From a virus: 64,000 nucleotides of DNA. The notes below the pieces were generated by a model. That model saw nothing but the letters and a program-made list of their open reading frames with translations, had not been told where the DNA came from and searched no databases. This document shows, in pieces, positions 48,033 to 56,891 of the stretch. Within the stretch, counting starts at the first letter, position 1; every line of letters starts with the position of its first letter. The DNA lies in the IMG/VR virus record IMGVR_UViG_3300042402_003181. One strand, 5' to 3'. Both the position numbers and the translations under genes were made by a program.

Positions 48033-49247
48033 ATGAACACAATTGACAATCTGCTTCATTTTGTATTTCTCGAAGCTATGACAACCCCTCTTCCGTTCTC
48101 ATCAAGAGATAGCCGTACATTGCAAAGTTTACATACTGCAATGCAAACTGATACATACATTACCGAAAAACAAGGTAATTTATTACTTCAAATAATAAGC
48201 AATGAAATTTACGCGCCATTTATGCTGTTAGCTAATGAACACTATGCAGATTATATCAATAACCCGGTATGGAAGAAATCATTTCGTATATTACCAGAGG
48301 TAAAACGCATATATCATATTCCTGCAGGATCTGACCAAATTAACATTAATGTGTTAAAAGAAAACTATACTGGTGTAATTGCAATTGATTTTACGTTTTC
48401 AAGTACGATTCGTAATGAATTAAAACCGCTGTCTGATGTGTTATGGCAAGTTAAATCCGGATCGTTATACTATGCAGATTTTACTGAATCTAATCTTGTA
48501 ACTATTATACAACTATTAGATCCTTATAAGTTTGAAGTTGAATTAGAGTTACGAGATTACTACAACACAATTAGACTATGGGATAAACAAGATTTTAAAG
48601 ATATGTACGATGTACACAAATTAGAACATACTAGATTTCAAACCCTTATTTCAAAAGATTTAGAATCTAATGATCCTACCATCATAGTTGATAGACGACT
48701 AAGATATCAATATTCAACAACTGTTGAATGCCAGACTACTAATGAATTAACTAAACAAATTGCAACCCGTGAAAAATCTAAAGTTTGGATTGATAGTAAT
48801 ACATATTCAATATCCAATGTAGTTGCATCATTAGTAGAGCTACAACGATTTCCGTTATTAGTAGTATTTGAACAATCAACTGATTTTACAACCATAACAC
48901 AGTTTAACGAGTTATCTCAGGCGCTAACTGATCACGGCATCACTGATAACATTGGATTCCATTTTAGATTAGATAATACACCCGATGGAAAAATGTTTAA
49001 TGACGGGATTGGAAAAAGACAGTATAATAGTGTACTAAACAATAATACAAAGGTTGCAGCAGTGCTTGGTGGTAAATTACCAAAATTCTTCCTTAAAGAA
49101 ACTTGGAGACCAATGAGTGTTCTTTGTATTAAAAATACACTAAGACATAGCAAAACTGCAGTGTATGCGAATAGCAGTGATTTAATCATATCGTATACGC
49201 ACGTAGAACCAATTATAGAAACGAGGAACAAATGGGAGTCAAACTAA
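48033..49247 (+). CDS. Hypothetical protein (404 aa)
   Basis: ORF track; AGGT RBS; no motif recognised. Confidence 0.7.
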   Translation: MNTIDNLLHFVFLEAMTTPLPFSSRDSRTLQSLHTAMQTDTYITEKQGNLLLQIISNEIYAPFMLLANEHYADYINNPVWKKSFRILPEVKRIYHIPAGSDQININVLKENYTGVIAIDFTFSSTIRNELKPLSDVLWQVKSGSLYYADFTESNLVTIIQLLDPYKFEVELELRDYYNTIRLWDKQDFKDMYDVHKLEHTRFQTLISKDLESNDPTIIVDRRLRYQYSTTVECQTTNELTKQIATREKSKVWIDSNTYSISNVVASLVELQRFPLLVVFEQSTDFTTITQFNELSQALTDHGITDNIGFHFRLDNTPDGKMFNDGIGKRQYNSVLNNNTKVAAVLGGKLPKFFLKETWRPMSVLCIKNTLRHSKTAVYANSSDLIISYTHVEPIIETRNKWESN

Positions 49248-50695
49248 TTATAAAAGATGAAGTTAATATTAAGTTTGAACATTTACCATTAGATGCAAGG
49301 AAGAAGCTAGCAAGTGCATTCAAATATGAAGTGCCGTATGCTAGATATCAACCTTCGTTTAAGTTGGGCAGATGGGATGGTACAGTTAGCTTATTTGGTA
49401 TAGGCGGTACCGGTTACTTAAACAACTTAGAATCGATACTTGCAATACTTAATAAGATGGGAGTTGCAATAGACGACATTGAAGATTTGCGTAAACCATT
49501 TAATTTAGATTTTACACCAATTACTGAAACATATTGGGCAGACTTAGGCAAAGTATGGCCAGTAGGACATAATGATGTTGGTAAACCTATTATGTTAAGA
49601 GATTATCAAGTAGACGCCGTTAACAAGTTTTTACAACAACCGCAGGCATTACAAGAAATTGCAACAGGTGCAGGTAAGACAATTACAACTGCTACACTGG
49701 CACATATATGCGAGTCACAAGGTCGTACAATAGTCATTGTACCAAACAAAAGTTTAGTTGAACAAACTCATGAAGATTTTGTAAACGTTGATTTAGATGT
49801 AGGTATGTATTATGGCGATAAAAAAGATTTAAACAAAACACATACTATATGCACCTGGCAAAGTCTTAATATATTAGATAAGAAAAGTAAAAACTTAGAA
49901 CACGATATTATAACATTAGCAGAATTTTTAGACGGTGTTTGTGCAGTAATTGTAGACGAAGTGCATATGGCAAAAGCTGATGTGTTAAAGAATTTACTTA
50001 CTCACAACTTATGTAATGCACCAATCCGGTGGGGATTAACTGGTACTATACCTAAAGAAAAGTTTGAATACGAACAAATATTTGCAAGTATAGGTCCTGT
50101 CATTGGAGGCATTAAAGCACACGAATTACAAGATGCAGGTGTGCTATCAGCGTGCCATGTTAAGGTATTACAACTGATCGACTTGCCATCATTTAGATCT
50201 TATTCGGATGAAATAACATATCAAGTTACTAATAAAGATCGAATGATGTTTATTAGCGATACTATTAAGACTATTGCAGAAACTGGCAATACGTTAGTGT
50301 TAGTTGGTAGAATTGAAAGTGGCAAGTTGTTAATTGAAAATATCCCAGATGCAGTATTTGTATCAGGTAATGTAAAAACAAAAGATAGAAAAACAGAGTA
50401 CGACGAAATTAAAACATCAACAAACAAAATTATCGTAGCAACGTATGGGGTAGCAGCAGTAGGTATTAACATTCCAAGAATTTTTAATTTGGTGTTAATT
50501 GAATCGGGTAAAAGTTTTACACGAGTTATTCAAAGTATTGGTAGAGGAATTAGAAAGGCACATGATAAAGATTTTGTGCAAATTTATGATATTACTAGTA
50601 CCTGCAAGTATGCTAAAAAACACTTAACAGAAAGAAAGAAATTCTATAAAGATGCAAAATATGAATTTGAAATTAATAAGGTAGATTGGAAATGA
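49232..50695 (+). CDS. uvsW: SF2 DNA helicase UvsW
   Basis: LRDYQ, ATGAGKT, IVDEVH, GLTGT, ATYGVAAVGINIP, QSIGRGIR motifs. Confidence 0.93.
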   Translation: MGVKLIIKDEVNIKFEHLPLDARKKLASAFKYEVPYARYQPSFKLGRWDGTVSLFGIGGTGYLNNLESILAILNKMGVAIDDIEDLRKPFNLDFTPITETYWADLGKVWPVGHNDVGKPIMLRDYQVDAVNKFLQQPQALQEIATGAGKTITTATLAHICESQGRTIVIVPNKSLVEQTHEDFVNVDLDVGMYYGDKKDLNKTHTICTWQSLNILDKKSKNLEHDIITLAEFLDGVCAVIVDEVHMAKADVLKNLLTHNLCNAPIRWGLTGTIPKEKFEYEQIFASIGPVIGGIKAHELQDAGVLSACHVKVLQLIDLPSFRSYSDEITYQVTNKDRMMFISDTIKTIAETGNTLVLVGRIESGKLLIENIPDAVFVSGNVKTKDRKTEYDEIKTSTNKIIVATYGVAAVGINIPRIFNLVLIESGKSFTRVIQSIGRGIRKAHDKDFVQIYDITSTCKYAKKHLTERKKFYKDAKYEFEINKVDWK

Positions 50696-51198
50696 ATATA
50701 CTCACAGTAAATAATCAATCGTTTTCTTTAAATAACCTGCCTGACGAAGTAGACGACAGTATGCGATTTGGCATTTTAGATAATAGCAATCCGCAAGAAC
50801 CGGATTTCTTTTTTATGCCGCTAATATATTTAGAATCGTTTAACGCTCCGGCTATTGTATTAAAGATTGGTGACAGCGAAGTAACTATGCCAATTGATTG
50901 GTGCATTGCAGTAGGTGATGGTAGTAGTGCAACTCACATTGAAATATTACCATTAACTAGTTTAAATGATAGAGGATTTGATGCACTTGTGTTTAATCCA
51001 ATATCTGATTTTAGAATTGAATTTAAAAAAATTGAAATTATAAATTTTTACAATGATGTTAAATGGTACTTTCCAAAAATGAAAGTTGGCCATTTATTAG
51101 CAACTCCTTTACAGAATAAAGATCAACCAGAATGTGTATATTTTGTTAAAGAAGTTTCTCGTCAGAGTGAGATGATACATTTAGATAAATTATTATAG
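50692..51198 (+). CDS. Hypothetical protein (about 168 aa)
   Basis: ATGA overlap with uvsW stop; no motif confidently recognised. Confidence 0.65.
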   Translation: MNILTVNNQSFSLNNLPDEVDDSMRFGILDNSNPQEPDFFFMPLIYLESFNAPAIVLKIGDSEVTMPIDWCIAVGDGSSATHIEILPLTSLNDRGFDALVFNPISDFRIEFKKIEIINFYNDVKWYFPKMKVGHLLATPLQNKDQPECVYFVKEVSRQSEMIHLDKLL

Positions 51199-51206
51199 GA
51201 TTATAT

Positions 51207-51848
51207 ATGGCATTTAAAGTAGCGTATTTTGCCCCAACTATTATTGCAGCGGATCAAGTTCCGCCTGTTGAATTTAGCAAGTTATTTAATTTAACCAATC
51301 AATTACATTTGCATCCCGAGTTACACGAAGCTGATAATCCATTTGTTAGTTTAGTGGGCGGATCTCATATTCAAATGTACCCTGCAAAAGTTGAACTTGA
51401 TATTAATTGGCTTATTGTTTGGTTAGAGACAGTGTGTCAAGAGTACATGGATTTAGTAACTGTGCAAACTGGTACAACTGATTTGAAAATATGTAAACCA
51501 GTAATTACAAATGTATGGACTACCCAGCAAACATCAGGAAATTATCAAACCATGCATAGCCATCTAGGTAGTAATATTAGTGGCAACATTTATATTAGCA
51601 CACCTAGTCTTGATGCTAACAGTAACCCTTCCGACGGTCAATTTGTTTTAAAAATGCCGCAAATTAAAGATATATCTAGATTTGTTATGCAAGATACATG
51701 GAAAACTGATACATCGCCTGGTACCCTTGTAGTGTTTCCAAGTTGTTTAGCACATCTTACATATCCATGGAACGGAACCGGTACTAGGACCGTTGTGTCT
51801 TTTGAAGCGGCAATAGTACCAATTATTGATGACGAGGATGCAGCATGA
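51207..51848 (+). CDS. 2OG-Fe(II) oxygenase superfamily protein (HxH type, TIGR02466-like)
   Basis: W......NYQTMHSH...ISGNIYI...PGTLVVFPS.L.H...P....R..VSF. Confidence 0.8.
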   Translation: MAFKVAYFAPTIIAADQVPPVEFSKLFNLTNQLHLHPELHEADNPFVSLVGGSHIQMYPAKVELDINWLIVWLETVCQEYMDLVTVQTGTTDLKICKPVITNVWTTQQTSGNYQTMHSHLGSNISGNIYISTPSLDANSNPSDGQFVLKMPQIKDISRFVMQDTWKTDTSPGTLVVFPSCLAHLTYPWNGTGTRTVVSFEAAIVPIIDDEDAA

Positions 51849-52327
51849 GTGATAAAGTAGAACTAAAAGAAAAGATTCAAGCAGTAGATATGAACATTCG
51901 CGAGTTATGGGACGAACTTGATGAAGTAAATCAAAAAGGCCTTAAGGGTGAATTGTTTATTTTAAATAGATACATTAGCAATGTTAAAGGTCAATCATCG
52001 GAAATACAAAAACACTTTGTAATATCAGTAAACGAATACTATAACAAAAATTGGTTCTTGTTGTCAAAAGAACATTCAAAATTATTATGGTTATTGTTAT
52101 GTATGTGTAGTTTTAACGGAGAGAAAACATTCTTTCATGAATGGCTTGGCAACAAAAAGAAAGACGGTAACGATAATAAGAAAGTACAGTTTTTAGCCGA
52201 GCTTAATCCTGCTATGAAGATGCAAGAAGTTGAAATGTTAGCAAAACTAACACCGACTAAAGAAATAACTAAGTTAGCTAAAGACTACGGATTTGAAGAT
52301 AAAGATATTAAAAAGAAACTTAAATGA
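51845..52327 (+). CDS. Hypothetical protein, possibly clamp-loader small subunit (gp62)-like
   Basis: FILNRYIS...VNEYYN.N weakly resembles gp62; judged by eye only. Confidence 0.4.
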   Translation: MSDKVELKEKIQAVDMNIRELWDELDEVNQKGLKGELFILNRYISNVKGQSSEIQKHFVISVNEYYNKNWFLLSKEHSKLLWLLLCMCSFNGEKTFFHEWLGNKKKDGNDNKKVQFLAELNPAMKMQEVEMLAKLTPTKEITKLAKDYGFEDKDIKKKLK

Positions 52328-53016
52328 TGAGTTTACAGCCTAAACCATTTGAATGCCAGTACTGCAAGAGTAAATTTGTAAAAGAATCTACTCTTATGGT
52401 TCATGTATGTGAATCAAAGCGTAGAGCATTGGCACAAAAAGAAAAACATGTAGTGATAGGGTTCGAAACATACAACATATTTTTTCAAAAAACACAAAGC
52501 TTTCATGGTGTAAAGACATACGAAAACTTTTGCAAAAGTCCGTATTATAATGCGTTTGTTAAGTTTGGAAGTTTTGTTAGTAACGTAAAACCGTTGTATC
52601 CTGACAAGTTTATTGTGTTTGTAGTAACTAGTGGCACTAAGTTAGATCATTGGTGTAGAGATGAGTTATACGACAAGTATGTTGTAGATTTAATTAAAAC
52701 TGAATCAGTAGAAACTGCGTTAGAACGTAGCATTAATCACATGTTAGATTGGGGTGATGCAAATAACGCACAATGGAATCATTACTTTTCATATGTAAGT
52801 TTAAATAGAGCAATGTATGATATTAAAGATGGAAAGATTAGTCCGTGGATTGTGTTAAATTCAAATACTGGCAAATTAATGATAAAACGATTTAACGATG
52901 AACAACTTGCAGCAGTGAGCAGTGTATTAGATATACCGTTTTGGTTTAACAAGTTTAAACATAGATCAGCTGACGTAGAGCTTGTAAAAACTGTAGTTAA
53001 GGAGAGTAATCTATGA
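52324..53016 (+). CDS. Hypothetical protein with N-terminal zinc finger
   Basis: FECQYCKSKFVKESTLMVHVC = F.C.2C.3F.5L.2H.C. Confidence 0.7.
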   Translation: MMSLQPKPFECQYCKSKFVKESTLMVHVCESKRRALAQKEKHVVIGFETYNIFFQKTQSFHGVKTYENFCKSPYYNAFVKFGSFVSNVKPLYPDKFIVFVVTSGTKLDHWCRDELYDKYVVDLIKTESVETALERSINHMLDWGDANNAQWNHYFSYVSLNRAMYDIKDGKISPWIVLNSNTGKLMIKRFNDEQLAAVSSVLDIPFWFNKFKHRSADVELVKTVVKESNL

Positions 53017-53084
53017 GCATAAATATTGCGATTGAAACAAAACCAGATTATCATTGGAGGTTCATCACCTATGCCGGATATTGA
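53013..53084 (+). CDS. 23-aa small ORF MSINIAIETKPDYHWRFITYAGY
   Basis: AAGGAG RBS, ATGA overlap with upstream stop, 14-nt overlap with downstream ATG 53071; not in ORF track. Confidence 0.4.
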   Translation: MSINIAIETKPDYHWRFITYAGY

Positions 53085-53628
53085 CATTGACTTTGCTAAT
53101 AGAGATCTAGCACTGTCAAAATTAAAACATGTTACGGCAGCTATTAGTATTCAAAAAAAACACAATACAGGCATCTACTGTCACAATATACCACACAATC
53201 CAGTAACTGGGGTGAGTACAATTGACTATAAAGAAGCTGAAGACAGAGGTTATTTTAAAATTGATTTTCTCAATGTTATGATATATAAAGACATTCGAGA
53301 TAACGACCATCTACTACATTTAATGGGAACTGAACCAATATGGGAACTATTACTTCAAGAAGACTTTGTAAATCTACTATTTCATATAAACGGGCACATA
53401 GATATTCTGAAACAGATGCAGCCGACTTCCGTGGAACAATTAGCTGCAGTCCTGGCGATGATAAGGCCAGCGAAACGCTATTTGATTGGGAAAGAATGGA
53501 CTACGGTGATGACAGACATATGGGAACACTCAGACGCTGACGCCGGGTATGCATTCCGTAAATCGCATGCAATTGCTTATGCAATGGCGATTGTAGTGCA
53601 GATGAATTTAATTTGTGAAGAGGTTTAA
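53071..53628 (+). CDS. Miniature DNA polymerase III alpha (DnaE)-like catalytic core, 185 aa
   Basis: PDIDIDF, KHNTG, GYFKIDFL, AMIRP, YAFRKSHAIAY motifs; GGAGG RBS before ATG 53071. Confidence 0.82.
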   Translation: MPDIDIDFANRDLALSKLKHVTAAISIQKKHNTGIYCHNIPHNPVTGVSTIDYKEAEDRGYFKIDFLNVMIYKDIRDNDHLLHLMGTEPIWELLLQEDFVNLLFHINGHIDILKQMQPTSVEQLAAVLAMIRPAKRYLIGKEWTTVMTDIWEHSDADAGYAFRKSHAIAYAMAIVVQMNLICEEV

Positions 53629-53996
53629 GGTTTTCGGACGAGTTGAACAGATTTACGTTTAACTCGTTTAACTGTTAGGTTCATTAAATTAACTACTGGA
53701 CCTAATATTATACGAGTATCTTTGCTATTAAATGTTTTAATTGCATAACTAAATGGTTGCAGTTCTTCTCTGCAAAATATAGATATTGGAAATTGTCGAT
53801 TAGATTCCCACCACCATATCTCGCCTATCTCTAAAAACGTTACTTTATCGTCAGCTGATAGTATTGCGTTTAAGTCGTAGAAACTTGTTACGTACTGATC
53901 TTGGTTGGTAATTATACCAACATATTCATCGTTGCCGTAAGTAATCACACTAATAAACGGTAAATTTTGTTCTATGTTATCTCTTAAGTTTGCCAT
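53625..53996 (-). CDS. Hypothetical protein (123 aa), isolated minus-strand gene
   Basis: ORF track; likely start MANLRDNIEQ at 53996; stop overlaps the dnaE-like stop (TTAA). Confidence 0.65.
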   Translation of the reverse strand: MANLRDNIEQNLPFISVITYGNDEYVGIITNQDQYVTSFYDLNAILSADDKVTFLEIGEIWWWESNRQFPISIFCREELQPFSYAIKTFNSKDTRIILGPVVNLMNLTVKRVKRKSVQLVRKP

Positions 53997-54020
53997 AAAT
54001 ATATATAAAGGATATTGCCA

Positions 54021-54827
54021 ATGCAAAAAATATCAAGTTATTTATACCCAAACCGAATCGAACTTATCGCCGATCTGGTTGGATTTACAGTGGAGTTCAC
54101 ATCAGTGTATCAAAGAAATGTAAAAATTTATAATGGTATTGATAATACCATTGAGTTCGATATTAAGAACGCAGATCAAAAACGAATTGACTTAACTACG
54201 TTAAGTGTAATTGAACTAAACCTTATGGATGTTTCTGGCAATGCCCTACCTAACAGTCCATACGCAGTTGCTCCAATTGTTGATAAAAAAGGAATTGCTA
54301 AAGTTACTATACCACAAGAAGATCTTGTTGATCTTACTCCCCAATTTTTAACATATAGTGTTAGTGCAGTTAAGGATGGCGCCGATGTTATGCTGTATGC
54401 TGATACTAAGTTTGGCGCAGTTGGTACAGTTGAACTTATTGGCAACGCAATGCCAACTTTCCGAAATGAAAAAATTTATAATACGTTTAGCGGCGAAATT
54501 GATTATATGGGCAATGTTGTAAAACATACTAGTTCAATTCCTGCTACGTTTTACGAAGCAGTGCCAACTACACAATTATCATTTGAAATTTCAATAACTG
54601 GGTTTATTGGTAAAGTATGGTTAGAAGCTACTACTGCATCAACTATTAGTGTTAATTCGTACCTACACGCAGTTAAGTTAGCAGAACGAACTATTGTTGC
54701 ACCAAGCTCAACTCCTATCACATTTGACAACGTTGATGTTGCAGATTTTAAATATTTTAGAGTATTATACCAAGGCAATAGTCCAATCAATCCAACCGGT
54801 ACTGTTGACAAAGTAACCGTTTGGTAG
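54021..54827 (+). CDS. Hypothetical beta-rich protein, possibly structural
   Basis: CATAAATA (53994-54001) and AAGGA upstream of ATG 54021. Confidence 0.6.
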   Translation: MQKISSYLYPNRIELIADLVGFTVEFTSVYQRNVKIYNGIDNTIEFDIKNADQKRIDLTTLSVIELNLMDVSGNALPNSPYAVAPIVDKKGIAKVTIPQEDLVDLTPQFLTYSVSAVKDGADVMLYADTKFGAVGTVELIGNAMPTFRNEKIYNTFSGEIDYMGNVVKHTSSIPATFYEAVPTTQLSFEISITGFIGKVWLEATTASTISVNSYLHAVKLAERTIVAPSSTPITFDNVDVADFKYFRVLYQGNSPINPTGTVDKVTVW

Positions 54828-54833
54828 TATAAT
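54805..54833 (+). promoter_or_regulatory. Consensus sigma70 promoter upstream of primase
   Basis: TTGACA-17 nt-TATAAT; -35 lies inside the upstream CDS. Confidence 0.85.
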
Positions 54834-54859
54834 ATACTTTTAAACTAAACATACCTATT

Positions 54860-55843
54860 ATGAACCTTATTACAGATACATTGTTAATGTACTGGCAATC
54901 TGGTAGACGAACTAAAAAAACTCCAAGTGGATGGATAACTGGCAACGCTCCGTGTTGCCAGGATACCCGGTATCGTGGCGGATTTATTGTAAACGATGGC
55001 GATGCAGTTACATTTCACTGCTTCAATTGTAGCTTTAAAGCTAGTTGGCAACCAGGTCGGCACATTAGTAAAAATATGAAAGACTTTATGCGGTACTTGC
55101 ATATGAGCGATTCAGAAATTTCTAAACTTAGTTTAGAAGCTTTTAGACTAGAAGCATCTGAAACTGTACTACTAGAAACAATGTTACCTAAGTTTGAAAA
55201 TCGCACACTGCCAATTGATGCAGCACCGATTGGGTCATTCTTAAATAACATTCCTAAACCATTATTTCCGGTGTTAGAATATATGGCCAACCGTAACTTA
55301 TGTATAGACGATTACCCGTTTCATTGGACTCCTAAAACTGGATTTAATGATCGATTGATTATCCCGTACTACTACGAAAACAGACTAGTAGGATACACTG
55401 CAAGACGCATTGGTTCAAATAAGAACCCACGGTACTTCTCAGAGCAACAACCAAATTTTGTTTTTAACTTAGATAGACAATCTTATGAACGTACATTTGT
55501 TATTGTATGCGAAGGCCCAATTGATGCAATTAGTATAGACGGCTGTGCTATACTTGGTTCACAAATTAAAGATAAACAAGATTGGCTACTTAAACGATTA
55601 AACAAGGAAATTATATTAGTACCAGATAGGGATCACGAAGGCCCAGCTACTGTAGAACAGGCTATTGAATATGGTTGGTCTGTTAGTATGCCAGAATGGC
55701 CTGTAGGGATTAAAGATGTAAATGACGCTGTCATTAAACTAGGTAGACTAACTACACTGTGGCTAATTATTAATGCAAAACAAAGCTACGCACTTAAGAT
55801 TCAATTAAGAGCAAAACAATTTTTTAAAGAGGTAACACTATGA
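54860..55843 (+). CDS. gp61: DNA primase (gp61/DnaG-like; Zn-binding domain plus TOPRIM)
   Basis: APCC...FHCFNC zinc domain; RLIIPYY...GYTAR; VCEGPIDA; VPDRD.EG; KDVNDA. Confidence 0.88.
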   Translation: MNLITDTLLMYWQSGRRTKKTPSGWITGNAPCCQDTRYRGGFIVNDGDAVTFHCFNCSFKASWQPGRHISKNMKDFMRYLHMSDSEISKLSLEAFRLEASETVLLETMLPKFENRTLPIDAAPIGSFLNNIPKPLFPVLEYMANRNLCIDDYPFHWTPKTGFNDRLIIPYYYENRLVGYTARRIGSNKNPRYFSEQQPNFVFNLDRQSYERTFVIVCEGPIDAISIDGCAILGSQIKDKQDWLLKRLNKEIILVPDRDHEGPATVEQAIEYGWSVSMPEWPVGIKDVNDAVIKLGRLTTLWLIINAKQSYALKIQLRAKQFFKEVTL

Positions 55844-55953
55844 AAAAACTTTTAGAGATTATACTACGACCATACACTAAGTGGAAAGAAGATCGTGCAT
55901 ACAATAAACGTATTGAAGAACTCCGTAAACGAGACCCGTTTATATACAAATGA
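55840..55953 (+). CDS. 37-aa small ORF MKKLLEIILRPYTKWKEDRAYNKRIEELRKRDPFIYK
   Basis: GAGG RBS, ATGA overlaps at both ends; not in ORF track. Confidence 0.7.
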   Translation: MKKLLEIILRPYTKWKEDRAYNKRIEELRKRDPFIYK

Positions 55954-56891
55954 TTAGTTGGGGCATAAACGCATTAAATCATGGCTCTAGCATAGCAGTT
56001 ATTACTGATAAGCTAGAGTTCTTCCAAATTGATAATTCTAACGATATACTTGAATCAAGTATAGATCTTGCACTAATGCACGGAAGACCTGATCGTATCT
56101 ATTGGTACGAAAATCCATGGATTAAGAAAGGTCGACAACTATATGCAGGACAATACAGTACAGCATTTGATATGTCATCATTACCGACTGCGCATTTAAA
56201 GAAGGTCGGCCTTAGTCATATTCCACTTACGTATACTAAACACCATGCTAGTCATGCTGCAGCCGGTTATTATACCAGTCCGTTTACTGATGCTGCAGTA
56301 GTGGTGTTAGATGCAATTGGTGAGTTTGAATGTGCTACTATTTGGCACGGCAAAGGTGATAACTTAACAAAAGTTTGGTCAGCATCTTATCCAAATAGTT
56401 TAGGTTTATTCTACTCAGCATTTACACAACTAATTGGGTTTACGCCAATACAACAAGAGCATCTATTACAATTGTCTGCAGAAGTTGGAGACCCGGCTAG
56501 ATATTATAATACAGTAAAGAGTTATTTTAATGGAACAGTTAAACTTACTCGCAACTTACACAGAGGTGTACTAGATTGGCCACATCCTATAAAGAACTTA
56601 CAAGATCAAACTGATATCGCAGCAGCAGTACAAAAGGTATTTGAAGAACAACTATATGGAGTTCTTGAGGTTGCATTTCAACTCACAAAGTCGTATAATT
56701 TAGTATACATGGGCGGCTGTGCAATGAACAGTTCAGCTAATAAAAAATCGTTACACAATTGGGAAAAAGTTTGGAGTTTACCTAATCCAGGTGACCCTAG
56801 TAGTGCAATTGGTGCAATATTGTGGCACACAAAACAACGGCTTGTTTGGGGTAATAATACTTCTAAACATATTGAAATTAAAGGATATTAA
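55950..56891 (+). CDS. Carbamoyltransferase N-terminal (Kae1-like) domain only; C-terminal YrdC-like domain absent
   Basis: HHASHAAAGYYTSPF, VVLDAIGE, SLGLFYSAFT..IGF, LVYMGGCAMN, NPGDPSSAIGA; ends at 313 aa immediately before the helicase ATG. Confidence 0.82.
   Translation: MISWGINALNHGSSIAVITDKLEFFQIDNSNDILESSIDLALMHGRPDRIYWYENPWIKKGRQLYAGQYSTAFDMSSLPTAHLKKVGLSHIPLTYTKHHASHAAAGYYTSPFTDAAVVVLDAIGEFECATIWHGKGDNLTKVWSASYPNSLGLFYSAFTQLIGFTPIQQEHLLQLSAEVGDPARYYNTVKSYFNGTVKLTRNLHRGVLDWPHPIKNLQDQTDIAAAVQKVFEEQLYGVLEVAFQLTKSYNLVYMGGCAMNSSANKKSLHNWEKVWSLPNPGDPSSAIGAILWHTKQRLVWGNNTSKHIEIKGY

Noticed and set aside
50692-51198. Hint/intein-like fold in the gene after uvsW
   Set aside because: No N-terminal Cys/Ser, TxxH or terminal HN motifs; resemblance is too vague to support without a profile search.
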